Positions 27,079 through 37,709 are shown, counted from the stretch's first letter. The stretch: 64,000 bases of DNA from Candidatus Bathyarchaeia archaeon (GCA_038883775.1 JAVZLM010000003.1:1-64000); one strand, 5' to 3'. Made by a program: numbers and translations. The notes: generated by a model not told the origin, from the letters alone.

Positions 27079-29391
27079 ATGATGTTACGGAAATCCTTTC
27101 CAGCACTTGCCTTGTCGTTGGCTCTATTAGTACTGCTGATGACTAATTCTATGTCATCTGGGCTTGTACCTGTGCCTTTGCAATATGGTCCACGGGCTTC
27201 AGGGGTGGAAATTAGTTTCCCGCGCAGCTATGCTGATTTGGTTGCAGGAAAAGTTGATTACATTGGAGGGTTAAGACCAGCGGAATTTTATGATGCCATA
27301 ACCAGGCCTGAGATAAACACCTATTTTGAGCTCACATTCACGGTGATTGGTGAAGCAATTCAGAGCAACTACACAATTCCATCATATCCGAACTGGCGCA
27401 ACCCCATGAACGACGTGAACTTCAGAAAAGCAGTCTTTCATCTAGTTAACAAAGAATGGATCATTGGAACTGTTTTTAAAGAACTATTTGCGAAAAGAAT
27501 CGATGTTCCAATCGCTGCGCCATCCCAAGGCTGGATGAATGGAAGCCTAATCGGAGCAAACTATCCATATCCATATAGCCCAATACTTGCTCTTATACAC
27601 CTTACTGCAGGGGGATGGAAGGATTTGGAAGGAGATGGAATATTAAACTATCCAGAGGGTTGGTGGGGCAAACCAGGCAGGCCTAACTTGGACCCGCTCA
27701 AATACTATATTGTAGACGACCCCTATAGGTATATGTATGCGCACCAAATAGTAGAGAATTTGCGCAGTATAGGCATACCAGTAAACGAGCATGTTGTACC
27801 GCCAACAATTCTTGCCGAATTATGTTGGTATTATCGTGACTACCATCTCGCCTCAGACGGATGGGATGTAGGGGCAAAGGAGATAGGACAATATCTCAAA
27901 AGCATAGAAAGGATTCCTCGAGGAAGGTTTCCTCCAACATACCTTTATAAATGTTTCCACAGTCAAATGTGGCTGCCAGAATATGGCGGACACAACGACT
28001 ACACACCGGGATATTCGGATCTCGACGAAGCCCTCGAAGCAGCAATGTATGCGTCTAGTCCAGAGGAGTCCAGACAGGCATGCATGCATGCCCAAAGCCT
28101 CATAATAGATAAGTATGCCCTTTGGATTCCCATTTTCACTAAAAATGTTCCTTATGCCTCTAGAAACCTGCTCGGCACAGTAAAATTCTTTGGCAGTAGC
28201 TTGTGGAACTTTTTCACAATGATAAGCGCTTTTCGCCTTTTAACTGCTATTAACGAACCAATTAAAATTGGTATGAATGCTCCGCTGGACTTTAACCCCC
28301 TCTATAGCATGTGGCCAGAGAACGAGATACTGTGGGAAATGATTCAGGGTCATAACCTAGTGCTGAACCCGCTGGATCCAATGTATGAAATGCCAGAAAT
28401 TGCCTTGGACTTTGACGTGGATTTAGAAAAATCACTAGTTAAATGGTGGTGGAGACCAAGCGTCACCTACATAGAACCAATAACAGGCAACAAACTTGAA
28501 GACTTCACGGGCGCTTCTAACGTATTCGGCATGTGGTATGTGTACCAGACACCTGATGCTTTGTATTGGATTGACTTTAAAGACCTACACCACGTTAGAA
28601 TAAGCCCAACAGATCCCAACTTCATGGAATGCTACTGGGACAACAAAAGCTGTTGGTTCTATCTCAATGCGCCTGGGTCCACAAATTTGTGCATTTACCC
28701 GCCAGCATATAAAGTGTATCCGTTATGCGAAGACCCAGACAACCCGGGAACAGCTGGACCTGCACACAAAGTGTTCGTTGAAGGAGTCAACATGACAACG
28801 CCAGGCGATCTTCCGCTGCCAGTGCAAGCCAAGTATGCACCAGTTGAGGTCGTCTCCATCGTACAAGACGATGTAATAACCTTAAAACAATCCGACACTA
28901 CAGGCGACCACGACTACGAAATAGTGAAAGGCAAAATCCACATCTACAAAGACCTACCGAACGGGGCAAAGATAAATGTCACATATTGGGCTAGAGGTGA
29001 AGCGTACGGCATCACCCCTGGCAACCTTCCATTAAATGAAACCATGGTTGGCTCTGGCCCATACTACTTAGTCTCCTTAAACTCAACATGGGCATACTTT
29101 AAGGCAAACAGAAACTATTGGGCTGAAACTCCGACATTGGGCGAAACAGACTGGTACTGGTGGAGAATAGAAGGACCCAAACCCAGAGCCGGTTACATGC
29201 AAATCAACATCTACGACGTAGTAGTTATCACAGGTCCGTACGGAACCCAAGGCAGATATTGGCCAGATCCGGCCTACACTCCCACAGCAGACCTTGCTCC
29301 AAGCGCTGACGGGCTTCCATGCAAAATTGACATATACGACGTAGTCACGTGTACAGGAAACTATGGAACGAAATTCTGGATTTACCCATAA
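27079..29391 (+). CDS. Family-5 (peptide/nickel-type) substrate-binding-like surface protein with C-terminal dockerin-like repeats
   Basis: Signal peptide, DVNFRKAV, GSGPY; C-terminal INIYDVV...YG and KIDIYDVV...YG. Confidence 0.72.
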   Translation: MMLRKSFPALALSLALLVLLMTNSMSSGLVPVPLQYGPRASGVEISFPRSYADLVAGKVDYIGGLRPAEFYDAITRPEINTYFELTFTVIGEAIQSNYTIPSYPNWRNPMNDVNFRKAVFHLVNKEWIIGTVFKELFAKRIDVPIAAPSQGWMNGSLIGANYPYPYSPILALIHLTAGGWKDLEGDGILNYPEGWWGKPGRPNLDPLKYYIVDDPYRYMYAHQIVENLRSIGIPVNEHVVPPTILAELCWYYRDYHLASDGWDVGAKEIGQYLKSIERIPRGRFPPTYLYKCFHSQMWLPEYGGHNDYTPGYSDLDEALEAAMYASSPEESRQACMHAQSLIIDKYALWIPIFTKNVPYASRNLLGTVKFFGSSLWNFFTMISAFRLLTAINEPIKIGMNAPLDFNPLYSMWPENEILWEMIQGHNLVLNPLDPMYEMPEIALDFDVDLEKSLVKWWWRPSVTYIEPITGNKLEDFTGASNVFGMWYVYQTPDALYWIDFKDLHHVRISPTDPNFMECYWDNKSCWFYLNAPGSTNLCIYPPAYKVYPLCEDPDNPGTAGPAHKVFVEGVNMTTPGDLPLPVQAKYAPVEVVSIVQDDVITLKQSDTTGDHDYEIVKGKIHIYKDLPNGAKINVTYWARGEAYGITPGNLPLNETMVGSGPYYLVSLNSTWAYFKANRNYWAETPTLGETDWYWWRIEGPKPRAGYMQINIYDVVVITGPYGTQGRYWPDPAYTPTADLAPSADGLPCKIDIYDVVTCTGNYGTKFWIYP

Positions 29392-29515
29392 CTCCCCTTT
29401 TTTCTCATCCTTATGATTTAACCAATGAGTTGTTAACTATGGAAATAACCTGTAGCTTTCTTCGGCATTTTCTTTTTCGTCACAGCAGCGAACAGGTTTC
29501 ATAATCAGTCTTCTT

Positions 29516-30331
29516 TTAGCTTGGAATGATGCCCATTGTTGTTACCGAAACGTTCCTTTCTTCGAGTTTATGAATTAGAGGATTTATGCCTACAGAATCG
29601 CTTGCAATATGTCCAGTCACTATAAGGTTTCCTACACCATCAGCCTTTAGCTTTGCCAAATCAGCGGGGCTTATGTGAATGTAAATCACTGTTCCAATAC
29701 CATGCTTAAAGTAGGTTTTTGCAATTTCATAGCCGCCATTTGTTCCTGCTCCATGGGAAACCACAACTTTTCCAGCTGGATTTTCGGGTTTTCCAAGGCG
29801 GACCTTAATGTCAGTGATGGCATTTTTAAATTCTGAAAGCTCTTTCAAGGCAGAAACAACATCTTTCACCTTTGAATTTTTTGTTATTTTGCTGTTTATT
29901 TTTTCGCTCATGATTCTTCTTCCAACTTCATCTAAGGGTGTGTGAATGTTCATGTAGGGCATTTTCAAAAATTTTGCCACATCCACTGCTTGAGCATAAT
30001 TTCTCGTGTGAGCTTCCACTTCTAAATCTTCAAGCTTTCTTTCAACAGCTTTCTCTGCCTCTTCCTTCGGAATTCCAACGGAAACCATCTGCTGGACATG
30101 TCTTTTAAAAACTTTATGGAAATTTATTGCTGCAGTTCCGCCTGGTGGATGGTGGGCAATTACGGCGTCATAACCCAACTGTTTGGCAAGTAAAAGCTCC
30201 GGAACGCCAGCGTCTAAGCCGAAAAGGACTTTCCTGATTTTTTCGCCCTTTACATAGATGGCGCTATCGGCTGGAACTTCTTTTATTTCAGCAAGTTCTA
30301 AGGCTAATTTCATAATTTCTTCAGTATTCAT
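29516..30331 (-). CDS. NIF3-like metal-binding protein
   Basis: GLD, IAHHP, IHTPLD, GHIASDSVG. Confidence 0.75.
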   Translation of the reverse strand: MNTEEIMKLALELAEIKEVPADSAIYVKGEKIRKVLFGLDAGVPELLLAKQLGYDAVIAHHPPGGTAAINFHKVFKRHVQQMVSVGIPKEEAEKAVERKLEDLEVEAHTRNYAQAVDVAKFLKMPYMNIHTPLDEVGRRIMSEKINSKITKNSKVKDVVSALKELSEFKNAITDIKVRLGKPENPAGKVVVSHGAGTNGGYEIAKTYFKHGIGTVIYIHISPADLAKLKADGVGNLIVTGHIASDSVGINPLIHKLEERNVSVTTMGIIPS

Positions 30332-30402
30332 CTATTTTCACCTTTTTAATTTCTTTTTAGAAGCGAAAATGTATAAATGTGATTTGGAGAAGAACATACA
30401 CT

Positions 30403-31305
30403 ATGCATGTTAAAACAAGGAAAATAGCCATTATAGAAGGTGTAACTGCCGGCATCCTCTTTGGAACTTCAGCCATCTTTATAAGGTATCTTCAAAATTT
30501 TGATGTATTTTCTATAGCTTTCTGGCGCTTAATCATCGCTTGCCTTGCATTAGTTATAGCGTTCTTTGTGTTTAGAAAAGTTTTTAGCTTTGCCCTCATC
30601 AAAAAGAATTTAGGAAATCTCCTTGTTCTCAGCGTTTTCCTTGGCTTACACTTCATATTTTTCATATCTGCCGTGAAGGACACAACAGTTTTAAACGCAA
30701 CAGTTCTCGTTAACACAGCTCCAATTTTTTCCTTAGTTTTCTCAAGCTTCCTATATAAAGCTAAACCTTCAAGCCTTGCTGTTTTAGGCTTAACATTATC
30801 CTTTATTGGCGTTTGCGTTATTGCCTACGCTGAAACCCAAATGACTGACACTTCATTGGATAGTTTTTCTCCTAAACTGAAGGGGGATTTAGAAGCCACG
30901 TTAGCCGCTTTGCTTGAAGCCTTCTTCCTCACTTATGGAAGGAAGATAAGGGGGCGGATGGACCTTTTTTCCATCATGTTACCCATCTATTTTTTAACAG
31001 CGATAATTGTTGGTGTCTTAGGATTAGCTGTTGCAAACAAAACTTTAGAATTGCCAATAACCATAGAAAGCTTTCTTCCATTGGTTGGATTAGGCGTGTT
31101 GCCTACAGCTGTAGCCCGCACCTTAGCTTTTTCTTCTTTATCAAATCTAAAATCTTTTGAAACTGCGACCATGGCTTTGCTTGAACCTGTTGGCGCAACC
31201 CTTCTGGGATTAATTTTGTTTCAAGAAAAACCAGCGCCAATTTTTGTTTTTGGAGCTACGTTAATACTTTTAGGCATCCTTTTTGTTGCAAAGAAAGAAA
31301 GCTAA
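30403..31305 (+). CDS. DMT/EamA family transporter
   Basis: 10 TM, duplicated EamA pattern, LLEPVGA. Confidence 0.88.
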   Translation: MHVKTRKIAIIEGVTAGILFGTSAIFIRYLQNFDVFSIAFWRLIIACLALVIAFFVFRKVFSFALIKKNLGNLLVLSVFLGLHFIFFISAVKDTTVLNATVLVNTAPIFSLVFSSFLYKAKPSSLAVLGLTLSFIGVCVIAYAETQMTDTSLDSFSPKLKGDLEATLAALLEAFFLTYGRKIRGRMDLFSIMLPIYFLTAIIVGVLGLAVANKTLELPITIESFLPLVGLGVLPTAVARTLAFSSLSNLKSFETATMALLEPVGATLLGLILFQEKPAPIFVFGATLILLGILFVAKKES

Positions 31306-31353
31306 TTTTGGCGAAACGAATAAAAAAGATAGAGCACGTATTAAAGTGCCGAA

Positions 31354-31752
31354 ATGGTTGAGACAATGAGCGTTAATGAGAAAATATTGAAGACCTTAAA
31401 AAATGCCAAGAGTTACTTAGAAAAATCCATGACAGCGTTAAACAATAAAAATGACACCTTGTTTTCTGATAGCCTTTGGCATTTTGCAGCAGAACTAGAA
31501 TATGCACTATTCTTATTCTCCATAATACTTCGAAGCGAAAACAACGGAGCTAATTGGAAACCAAATCCAAAAAAAATTGATGTTATACCTAACCGTCGCG
31601 AAGTGCAAACTTTACTAAACGAGGCTGAAAGGTTTGTAGCCGATGGAAAGCTTTTGGAAGCTTACAAGAATGTTTATGTGATAAGGCATTATACGCTTAA
31701 AATTCAAGAGGATTTAGCCAAAAAGAAGCTTGAGGCGATTAAAAAGAAATAG
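31354..31752 (+). CDS. Hypothetical helical protein
   Basis: 132-aa ORF filling the intergenic gap. Confidence 0.6.
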   Translation: MVETMSVNEKILKTLKNAKSYLEKSMTALNNKNDTLFSDSLWHFAAELEYALFLFSIILRSENNGANWKPNPKKIDVIPNRREVQTLLNEAERFVADGKLLEAYKNVYVIRHYTLKIQEDLAKKKLEAIKKK

Positions 31753-31758
31753 TGTTCC

Positions 31759-32031
31759 CTATTCTTCTTCGGTTTTCTTCTCTTTAACCATCAAAGAGCC
31801 TTCGTGGCTTATAACTCTGAAATACTCTTTCAATTCTATTTGATGTAAAAACTTCTTTAGAAGCACTCGCAAATATCTTTTGGAAACCTTTTCTTCTCCC
31901 TTTACAGTTATGAAGTCTGTGGCTGTTTCAACTTCAGCGTTTGTTTTTTCTTTTATGAACCCAGCCAATTCTTTTACTACGTCTTCTCCTTCACTTTTAA
32001 GTTCTGATATGTTAATTTTCACTTCTGTCAT
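31759..32031 (-). CDS. rpl22e: Ribosomal protein eL22-like
   Basis: SKRYLRVLLKKFLHQIELKEYFRV matches the eL22 signature. Confidence 0.8.
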   Translation of the reverse strand: MTEVKINISELKSEGEDVVKELAGFIKEKTNAEVETATDFITVKGEEKVSKRYLRVLLKKFLHQIELKEYFRVISHEGSLMVKEKKTEEE

Positions 32032-32042
32032 ATGCGCCTACC

Positions 32043-32702
32043 TCATTTCCTAACCATTATAATTCTAACTTGGTCGCATGCATCTTCACATGCGTCTGCA
32101 ATCATTTCTATAGCCTCAAACAATTGGCTTATTAAAACTGCTATTCCCGCCTTAGGTATTTCTTCTTTTCCAAGAAGCGCTCTCGCCTTTTCATGGATGT
32201 CATCAACCTTTTCCTCTTCCCTTTCCACCATGTCTGCCGCTTGGAGGGCTTCTTGGGGTTTCGTCATCATCTTGTTCACGCATTTCTGGAGGGAGATCGT
32301 GCATTCCTTTGCTCCTTTAACCATCTCTATAAATTCGTTTTTTATGGAGTTTGGCACATATGCCATTGAAATTGCGCCGAGCACGCGGGTAGATTCTCTG
32401 CTCCAATCTGCAACCATGTCCACCCTTTTCACTAGGTCCATTAAGTCCACCCTATCATTTGGGGGAAGTTCTCCCTTTGAAATTTCGTCCATAACTTTTC
32501 TTCGAAGTTTGTCCGCTTCCTTTTCACCGTTTGTCACCCTTTCTATGCATTTTTGCATTTCTTTTTCGCCGTTTTTTATGGCTGCAATTATTGCCTTTTC
32601 TAAATCCTCAACGATTCCAGTTGTTAGAGCCAAATGTTGTTGCACAGTTGCCAAAGCTTTTGTTTCCCTTCTCTTTTCAAACCATTTTATTAGTTCACTC
32701 AA
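32043..32702 (-). CDS. DUF47/PhoU-like phosphate transport regulator
   Basis: EKEADKLRR, DMVAD, EEKVDD, EMIADACEDACD. Confidence 0.88.
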   Translation of the reverse strand: MSELIKWFEKRRETKALATVQQHLALTTGIVEDLEKAIIAAIKNGEKEMQKCIERVTNGEKEADKLRRKVMDEISKGELPPNDRVDLMDLVKRVDMVADWSRESTRVLGAISMAYVPNSIKNEFIEMVKGAKECTISLQKCVNKMMTKPQEALQAADMVEREEEKVDDIHEKARALLGKEEIPKAGIAVLISQLFEAIEMIADACEDACDQVRIIMVRK

Positions 32703-33801
32703 CGGCTATTTCCTCCTTCAATCCAACTTCTGGATATTTGAACGTATGGGCTTTTTCTGCTGGGAAGCAGACAGTTACTTCTTCGCCAATGTTAAACCAT
32801 TCTTCTGTCAAGGAAGGTTTAACAATTACAACTAAATCTTGATTTTTAAGTCTAACCTCATACCTCATGTTTGTTCCTTCGAAGGTGATCCTTTCTATTT
32901 TGCCTGAAATGGCGTTTTTTATTTCCTTTTTTCCTTTTTCAATCATGAAGATTTCTGGTCTTATGGCTAAAAGCACTTTTTCGCCCTCTTTTACATCTTT
33001 ATTATTAACTGCTTGAACCTTTATTCCGCCGCGGAGTTCAACAGTTGCTGTTTTGCCACTTATTTTTGAAACGTATCCTTCAAGAAAGTTTGATTCTCCA
33101 ATAAAGTGAGCCACAAATATGCTTTGTGGATTTATGTAAAGCTCCCCTGGAGTTCCTACCTGCAAAATCTTTCCTTTCTTCATAACTGCTATCCTGTCTG
33201 AAATTGCCATAGCCTCAGACTGGTCATGCGTCACGTGTATGGCTGTTAACTCCAAATCTTTCGCCATCCTTCTTATTTCATAACGCAGTTCATTCCTCAC
33301 TTTAGCGTCCAACTGCCCTAAAGGCTCGTCTAAAAGCAGTAATTTCGCTCCCGCTGCCAAGGCTCTTGCCACGGCTATTCGCTGCATCATTCCACCGCTT
33401 AACTCGTTTGGAAAGGCGTCCAAACGCTCATGCAATCTAACCATTTCCAACACTTCATGTCCTATCGTTTCAGCCTTTCTCGTGTCAAAACCTTTCACTC
33501 TTGGACCATAAGTCACATTGTCCCAAGCGGTCATATGCGGAAAAAGGGCGAAAGTTTGAAAAACGAAACCTATATCCCTATCTTCAGGCGGCACATCATT
33601 AACAAGCCTATCTCCAATGTAAATTTCGCCATCGTCAGGCTGGATTAACCCAGCAATAAGCCTTAAAAGCGTTGTTTTTCCACAACCGCTCGGACCTAAA
33701 AGCGAGAAATATTCCTTATCGCGAATGTGAAGGCTAACGTTGTCCACAGCCACGATTTTGCCAAACTTTTTTGTAACATTGACTAGGCGCACGTCCGGCA
33801 T
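32695..33801 (-). CDS. ABC transporter ATP-binding subunit (PotA/FbpC-like, TOBE)
   Basis: GPSGCGKT, LSGGMMQR, LLLDEP, VTHDQ. Confidence 0.95.
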   Translation of the reverse strand: MPDVRLVNVTKKFGKIVAVDNVSLHIRDKEYFSLLGPSGCGKTTLLRLIAGLIQPDDGEIYIGDRLVNDVPPEDRDIGFVFQTFALFPHMTAWDNVTYGPRVKGFDTRKAETIGHEVLEMVRLHERLDAFPNELSGGMMQRIAVARALAAGAKLLLLDEPLGQLDAKVRNELRYEIRRMAKDLELTAIHVTHDQSEAMAISDRIAVMKKGKILQVGTPGELYINPQSIFVAHFIGESNFLEGYVSKISGKTATVELRGGIKVQAVNNKDVKEGEKVLLAIRPEIFMIEKGKKEIKNAISGKIERITFEGTNMRYEVRLKNQDLVVIVKPSLTEEWFNIGEEVTVCFPAEKAHTFKYPEVGLKEEIAVE

Positions 33802-33825
33802 TAGGGTTCCTCTCCGAACGTCATG

Positions 33826-35547
33826 TTAATATCTTCCCTTACCCTTAACGATAAGTCTTAAGACTAATAGTATTATAAAGGAGATTAATATTAAGAAACC
33901 GCAACCTAAACCCATTTCCAAAGATGTGGCAATAACTTTTCCCTTAACCCAATCAACGAGAACCACAGGAGCCGTTTTAAGTTTGGTAACCGCCAATGTG
34001 GCGCCCGTTTCGCTTACACTTCTTGTAAAAACCATTATTGCGCCAGAAAACATTGAGTATTTAGTTAACGGAAATATTATAGTTCTGAAGACGCCAAAGG
34101 GCTTAGCCCCTAAAGTTCTAGAGGCCTCTTCCAATTCTAAGCCTATCCTTTCAACAGCCGCAGACATAGACCTCACAAAATATGGATACGTAATTGCTAA
34201 ATGCGCAAAGACAAGAAGCCAAACGTCTGGTATGAAGGCTAAAGTTTCCTTCCAAAAGAATTTAAGAGAAACACCCAACGCCACTGATGGAACTATTATT
34301 GGGATATCCACAAGCATATTTAAAGCCGATGAAAAGTTTCCAAGTCTCTTTCTCGCAACTATTATTGCCATGGGCAAACCTATAAGAACGTTCAAAACGG
34401 TTACAACCGCTCCAAGAGAATAGGAGAGTAGGAGACTTTGCCAATAATCTGTCCAAGGCTCTACACCCGCTAGCGCTTTTGACAGCGCATCTGTTGAAAG
34501 GGCTTCAAAAGCTGGAAGCGCCACAAACAACGAGGGAATAAGCACAAGGATAAGGAAGATTAAAAGTGAAGTGCCATTCCGAAGAAGCGTTGCCGAGGAA
34601 TAGCTCAGTTTTCTCTCCAATGTTGGCCAAGCTCCCTTTATTGGCAACTTTAGCCTACTTCCGAGAGTGCGTACTACTACAAAAATTAAACATGAAACAA
34701 TTATGAGGATAAGACTCGCAAAAGTAGTGGAACCCTCGTAGACTGCTTGATTAATCTGGGGCGGTTGAGCTGAAAACGCGTCTTTCATGTTCTGTATGAA
34801 AACGGGTCCATTTTCAAAGACTCCGGCAACCATCATAGTCGCTCCAGTTTCCGAAATTGACCTTGCAAAGGCAAGTATGAACGCTGCAATTAACGAGGGC
34901 TTTATAATTCCAAGCGTAACCGTTCTAGCCGTTGTAAGCGGCGGCGCACCCAAAGTTCTCGACGCCTGCTCATATTCAATTTTATAATCCAGTAAGGCAC
35001 CTACTATGACTCTTACTACAATTGGATAAGAAAAAGTGAAATGTAAAAGAGTGATAAGAAGCCATCCAGGCGAAACGAGTGAACCGCCAAAAAGGGCTGA
35101 AATTCCTTCAGGTTTATACCAGAAGAGAAGAAGCGAATAACCAAGCACAGCCGTGGGCACTATAAAAGGAACATCAGCGAGAGTGTCTAGAAAATTTATC
35201 CATTTAGATCTTCCACGAGCTATAAACCAAGCCATAGGAATCCCCGCTGCAACATCCAAAAGAGAGACTAACGCTGCTATCATGAAGGAGTTTTTCGCAG
35301 CGTTTAGAATGCGAGCTACGAGCTCACCATTTCCTAAAACCTCTCCCATCACATTCCACTTAATAATTATGCCTAAAATCGGAGGTAGCAAAATCAAAGC
35401 AAAAAAAAGTGCAACTGCGGTCAAATAAACTCCATATTTAACCATAGGTTTTGAGGAGAGTGTGTCAAGATTCTCCCTAAGTTTTCTGGGCAAACTTATC
35501 AGCCTAAGTCCATTAACAACTAAACATGCTTCTTTTTTCATTTGCAA
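33826..35547 (-). CDS. ABC transporter permease (fused two-domain, FbpB/ThiP-like)
   Basis: Two EAA motifs (EQASRTLGA, EEASRTLGA); start uncertain. Confidence 0.9.
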   Translation of the reverse strand: MQMKKEACLVVNGLRLISLPRKLRENLDTLSSKPMVKYGVYLTAVALFFALILLPPILGIIIKWNVMGEVLGNGELVARILNAAKNSFMIAALVSLLDVAAGIPMAWFIARGRSKWINFLDTLADVPFIVPTAVLGYSLLLFWYKPEGISALFGGSLVSPGWLLITLLHFTFSYPIVVRVIVGALLDYKIEYEQASRTLGAPPLTTARTVTLGIIKPSLIAAFILAFARSISETGATMMVAGVFENGPVFIQNMKDAFSAQPPQINQAVYEGSTTFASLILIIVSCLIFVVVRTLGSRLKLPIKGAWPTLERKLSYSSATLLRNGTSLLIFLILVLIPSLFVALPAFEALSTDALSKALAGVEPWTDYWQSLLLSYSLGAVVTVLNVLIGLPMAIIVARKRLGNFSSALNMLVDIPIIVPSVALGVSLKFFWKETLAFIPDVWLLVFAHLAITYPYFVRSMSAAVERIGLELEEASRTLGAKPFGVFRTIIFPLTKYSMFSGAIMVFTRSVSETGATLAVTKLKTAPVVLVDWVKGKVIATSLEMGLGCGFLILISFIILLVLRLIVKGKGRY

Positions 35548-35575
35548 AATTTGCTGATAAGCTTTCCGTATGAAA

Positions 35576-35641
35576 GGTGTCAGTTCGCCCGTCGAGCCCT
35601 ATCATAGCAAAAGCTCTATTGACTCTCTAACTCATCATCCA
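35576..35641 (-). ncRNA. Box C/D guide sRNA
   Basis: Minus strand: box C ATGATGA, guide GTTAGAGAGTCAA, D' TAGA, C' ATGATAG, guide GGCTCGACGGGCGAA, box D CTGA; both guides complement conserved rRNA. Confidence 0.82.
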
Positions 35642-35701
35642 AGAATAAGTGGTCAGTGCATAAATTTTAGGGTTTTGCAAAACAAATTAAAAGCATGTTA
35701 C

Positions 35702-36919
35702 CTAAGGCTTTCCAAGAGTTCCTTCCCACATTTTTTCCAAAAACATTTTCAAATCTTTTTTTGACATTTTTCTTTTACAATTGCCAGAAAAGGCTTGGTA
35801 AGCTTTTGGATTTTCTGCTAATATTCTAACAATTTCAGCAATATCTTTTCTGTCTGCATTATCTATCATGTTAATTGAAGTGGGAAGGTCCAATTCCTCT
35901 AGTAGTCTTTTTACGGCATAAACTCCTTTATAGGCAGCCTTACGTTTCGTTAAACCATTAATGTTTTCGCCTAAGGCAACAGCTACCCGTACTAAAATAT
36001 CTAAATTAACTGGTATATTCCATTCCATTGCATATGGTAAGGCGATTCCACATGCAATTCCATGGTGTATATTATAAAATGCCCCTATGGTGTGTGCAAC
36101 TGCATGTGCCTCCACATCTCCTGTGTTGCCTTCCGAGAAAGCGGCAGCTAATGCTGCTAGTGCCATATTATAGCGAGCCTTAAGATTGGTTCCTTGAAAT
36201 GTTGCGGTACGAATGTTTTCTGAAATCAGTCTTATAGATTCTAAAGCCAGCGCTTGGGTTAATGGAAAAGCAGAAACGGCTAACGCGGATTCTATAGCAT
36301 GCGAGAGCGCATCGATGCCCGTGGCGGCAGTTAATTTGGGAGGTAAAGTTAGCGTCATTAATGGATCAACAATTGCCATTTTAGCGCGGACATTATCGAA
36401 CCAATATTTGACTTTTTCTTCTGGTAAAGTTATGACGGCATCTGGTGTACACTCCGCTCCAGTGCCTGCAGTGGTCGGTATCGTTATAACTGGAACTCCA
36501 ATTTTCTTAAATCCTCTTTTTAAATACTGTTTAATGTTTCCAGGATTAGTTACCGCTTTTCCAACGATTTTTGCTGTATCTAAACTGCTCCCTCCACCAA
36601 TACCAACGACAAAATTAACCATAGTGTTTCTAGCAAAATCCACAGCTTTTTGTACAGACTCCAATGTTGGTTCTGGCACGACTCCGTTATAAATTTCTAC
36701 ATTGAATTCTGCATTTTTAAGTGATTTTAACACATTTTCAAGTAGTCCCGCTTTCTCGATTCCCATGTCAGTTATGATTAAACAGTTCTCTCCAACGCCT
36801 AGTTGATTGGCCTCCACGCCAACCTTTGTAACCGCATTAACACCGAATAAAACTTTTTCCACAGATGAAAAGGTGTATAAAACTTTCTGTGAATCACATT
36901 TCCAATCCATGTGTATCAT
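35702..36919 (-). CDS. Iron-containing alcohol dehydrogenase
   Basis: GIGGGSSLDTAK, PTTAGTGAE, DALSHAIES, HAVAH, HHGIAC. Confidence 0.93.
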   Translation of the reverse strand: MIHMDWKCDSQKVLYTFSSVEKVLFGVNAVTKVGVEANQLGVGENCLIITDMGIEKAGLLENVLKSLKNAEFNVEIYNGVVPEPTLESVQKAVDFARNTMVNFVVGIGGGSSLDTAKIVGKAVTNPGNIKQYLKRGFKKIGVPVITIPTTAGTGAECTPDAVITLPEEKVKYWFDNVRAKMAIVDPLMTLTLPPKLTAATGIDALSHAIESALAVSAFPLTQALALESIRLISENIRTATFQGTNLKARYNMALAALAAAFSEGNTGDVEAHAVAHTIGAFYNIHHGIACGIALPYAMEWNIPVNLDILVRVAVALGENINGLTKRKAAYKGVYAVKRLLEELDLPTSINMIDNADRKDIAEIVRILAENPKAYQAFSGNCKRKMSKKDLKMFLEKMWEGTLGKP

Positions 36920-37012
36920 CGTTTTGTTAATAAATTTATTTTAAATTTAATATAAAAGTGTCTCAAAAGAATATAAGTATTCGTAGATTGTCAAAGAATT
37001 GGGGCTGAAATT

Positions 37013-37534
37013 ATGGACGTTTTAGAAGCGATAAAAGGAAGAAGAAGCATAAGAGCTTTCAAAAGCCAAGATGTTCCAGCCGAAATAGTGGAAAAGCTTA
37101 TTGAAGCCGCCCGTTGGGCTCCTTCTGCTGGGAACATTCAGCCGTGGGAGTTCATAATTGTGCGTAAACCAGAAATTAAGAGACAGCTGGCGGAAGCAGC
37201 TTTAAATCAATCTTTTATTGAAGAAGCGCCCGTGGTAATTGTGGTTTGTGCAAACGAGAACCGCTCTTCTCAAGGCTATGGAGTTCGGGGCAAAACCCTA
37301 TATTGCATACAAGACACGGCTGCTGCAATCCAAAACATTCATTTAGCCGCCTATTCTCTCGGTCTTGGAACATGTTGGGTTGGCGCTTTCCGAGAAGACG
37401 AGGCAAGGCAAATCCTAAAAGTTCCTGAAGGAATAAGACCCGTCGCCATAATCCCAGTTGGTTATCCCGCTGAGGCTCCACAACCGCGGAGTAGAAGACC
37501 GATAAATCAAATAGTTCATTACGAAACTTTTTAG
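37013..37534 (+). CDS. Nitroreductase family protein
   Basis: RRSIR, APSAGNIQPW, GLGTCWVG. Confidence 0.93.
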   Translation: MDVLEAIKGRRSIRAFKSQDVPAEIVEKLIEAARWAPSAGNIQPWEFIIVRKPEIKRQLAEAALNQSFIEEAPVVIVVCANENRSSQGYGVRGKTLYCIQDTAAAIQNIHLAAYSLGLGTCWVGAFREDEARQILKVPEGIRPVAIIPVGYPAEAPQPRSRRPINQIVHYETF

Positions 37535-37709
37535 GAGAATGGAAAAAGTTATGAAAATGCGAAGCTATCATCTTGGAAAATCACCATAGAAAGACTTGCA
37601 GAATTGTTGGCAGAGCTTGACAAAATGAAACTTTAACAGTCTATTTATGAAACAGAAAGCTAACACATTTTTAAGCATCCTTATATTAAATTAAAAATGA
37701 GGTTAGTTA

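Noticed and set aside
32032-32835. 267-aa plus-strand ORF and other long antisense ORFs (e.g. 20285-21001, 13102-13614)
   Set aside because: Antisense shadows of well-supported genes with no motifs.
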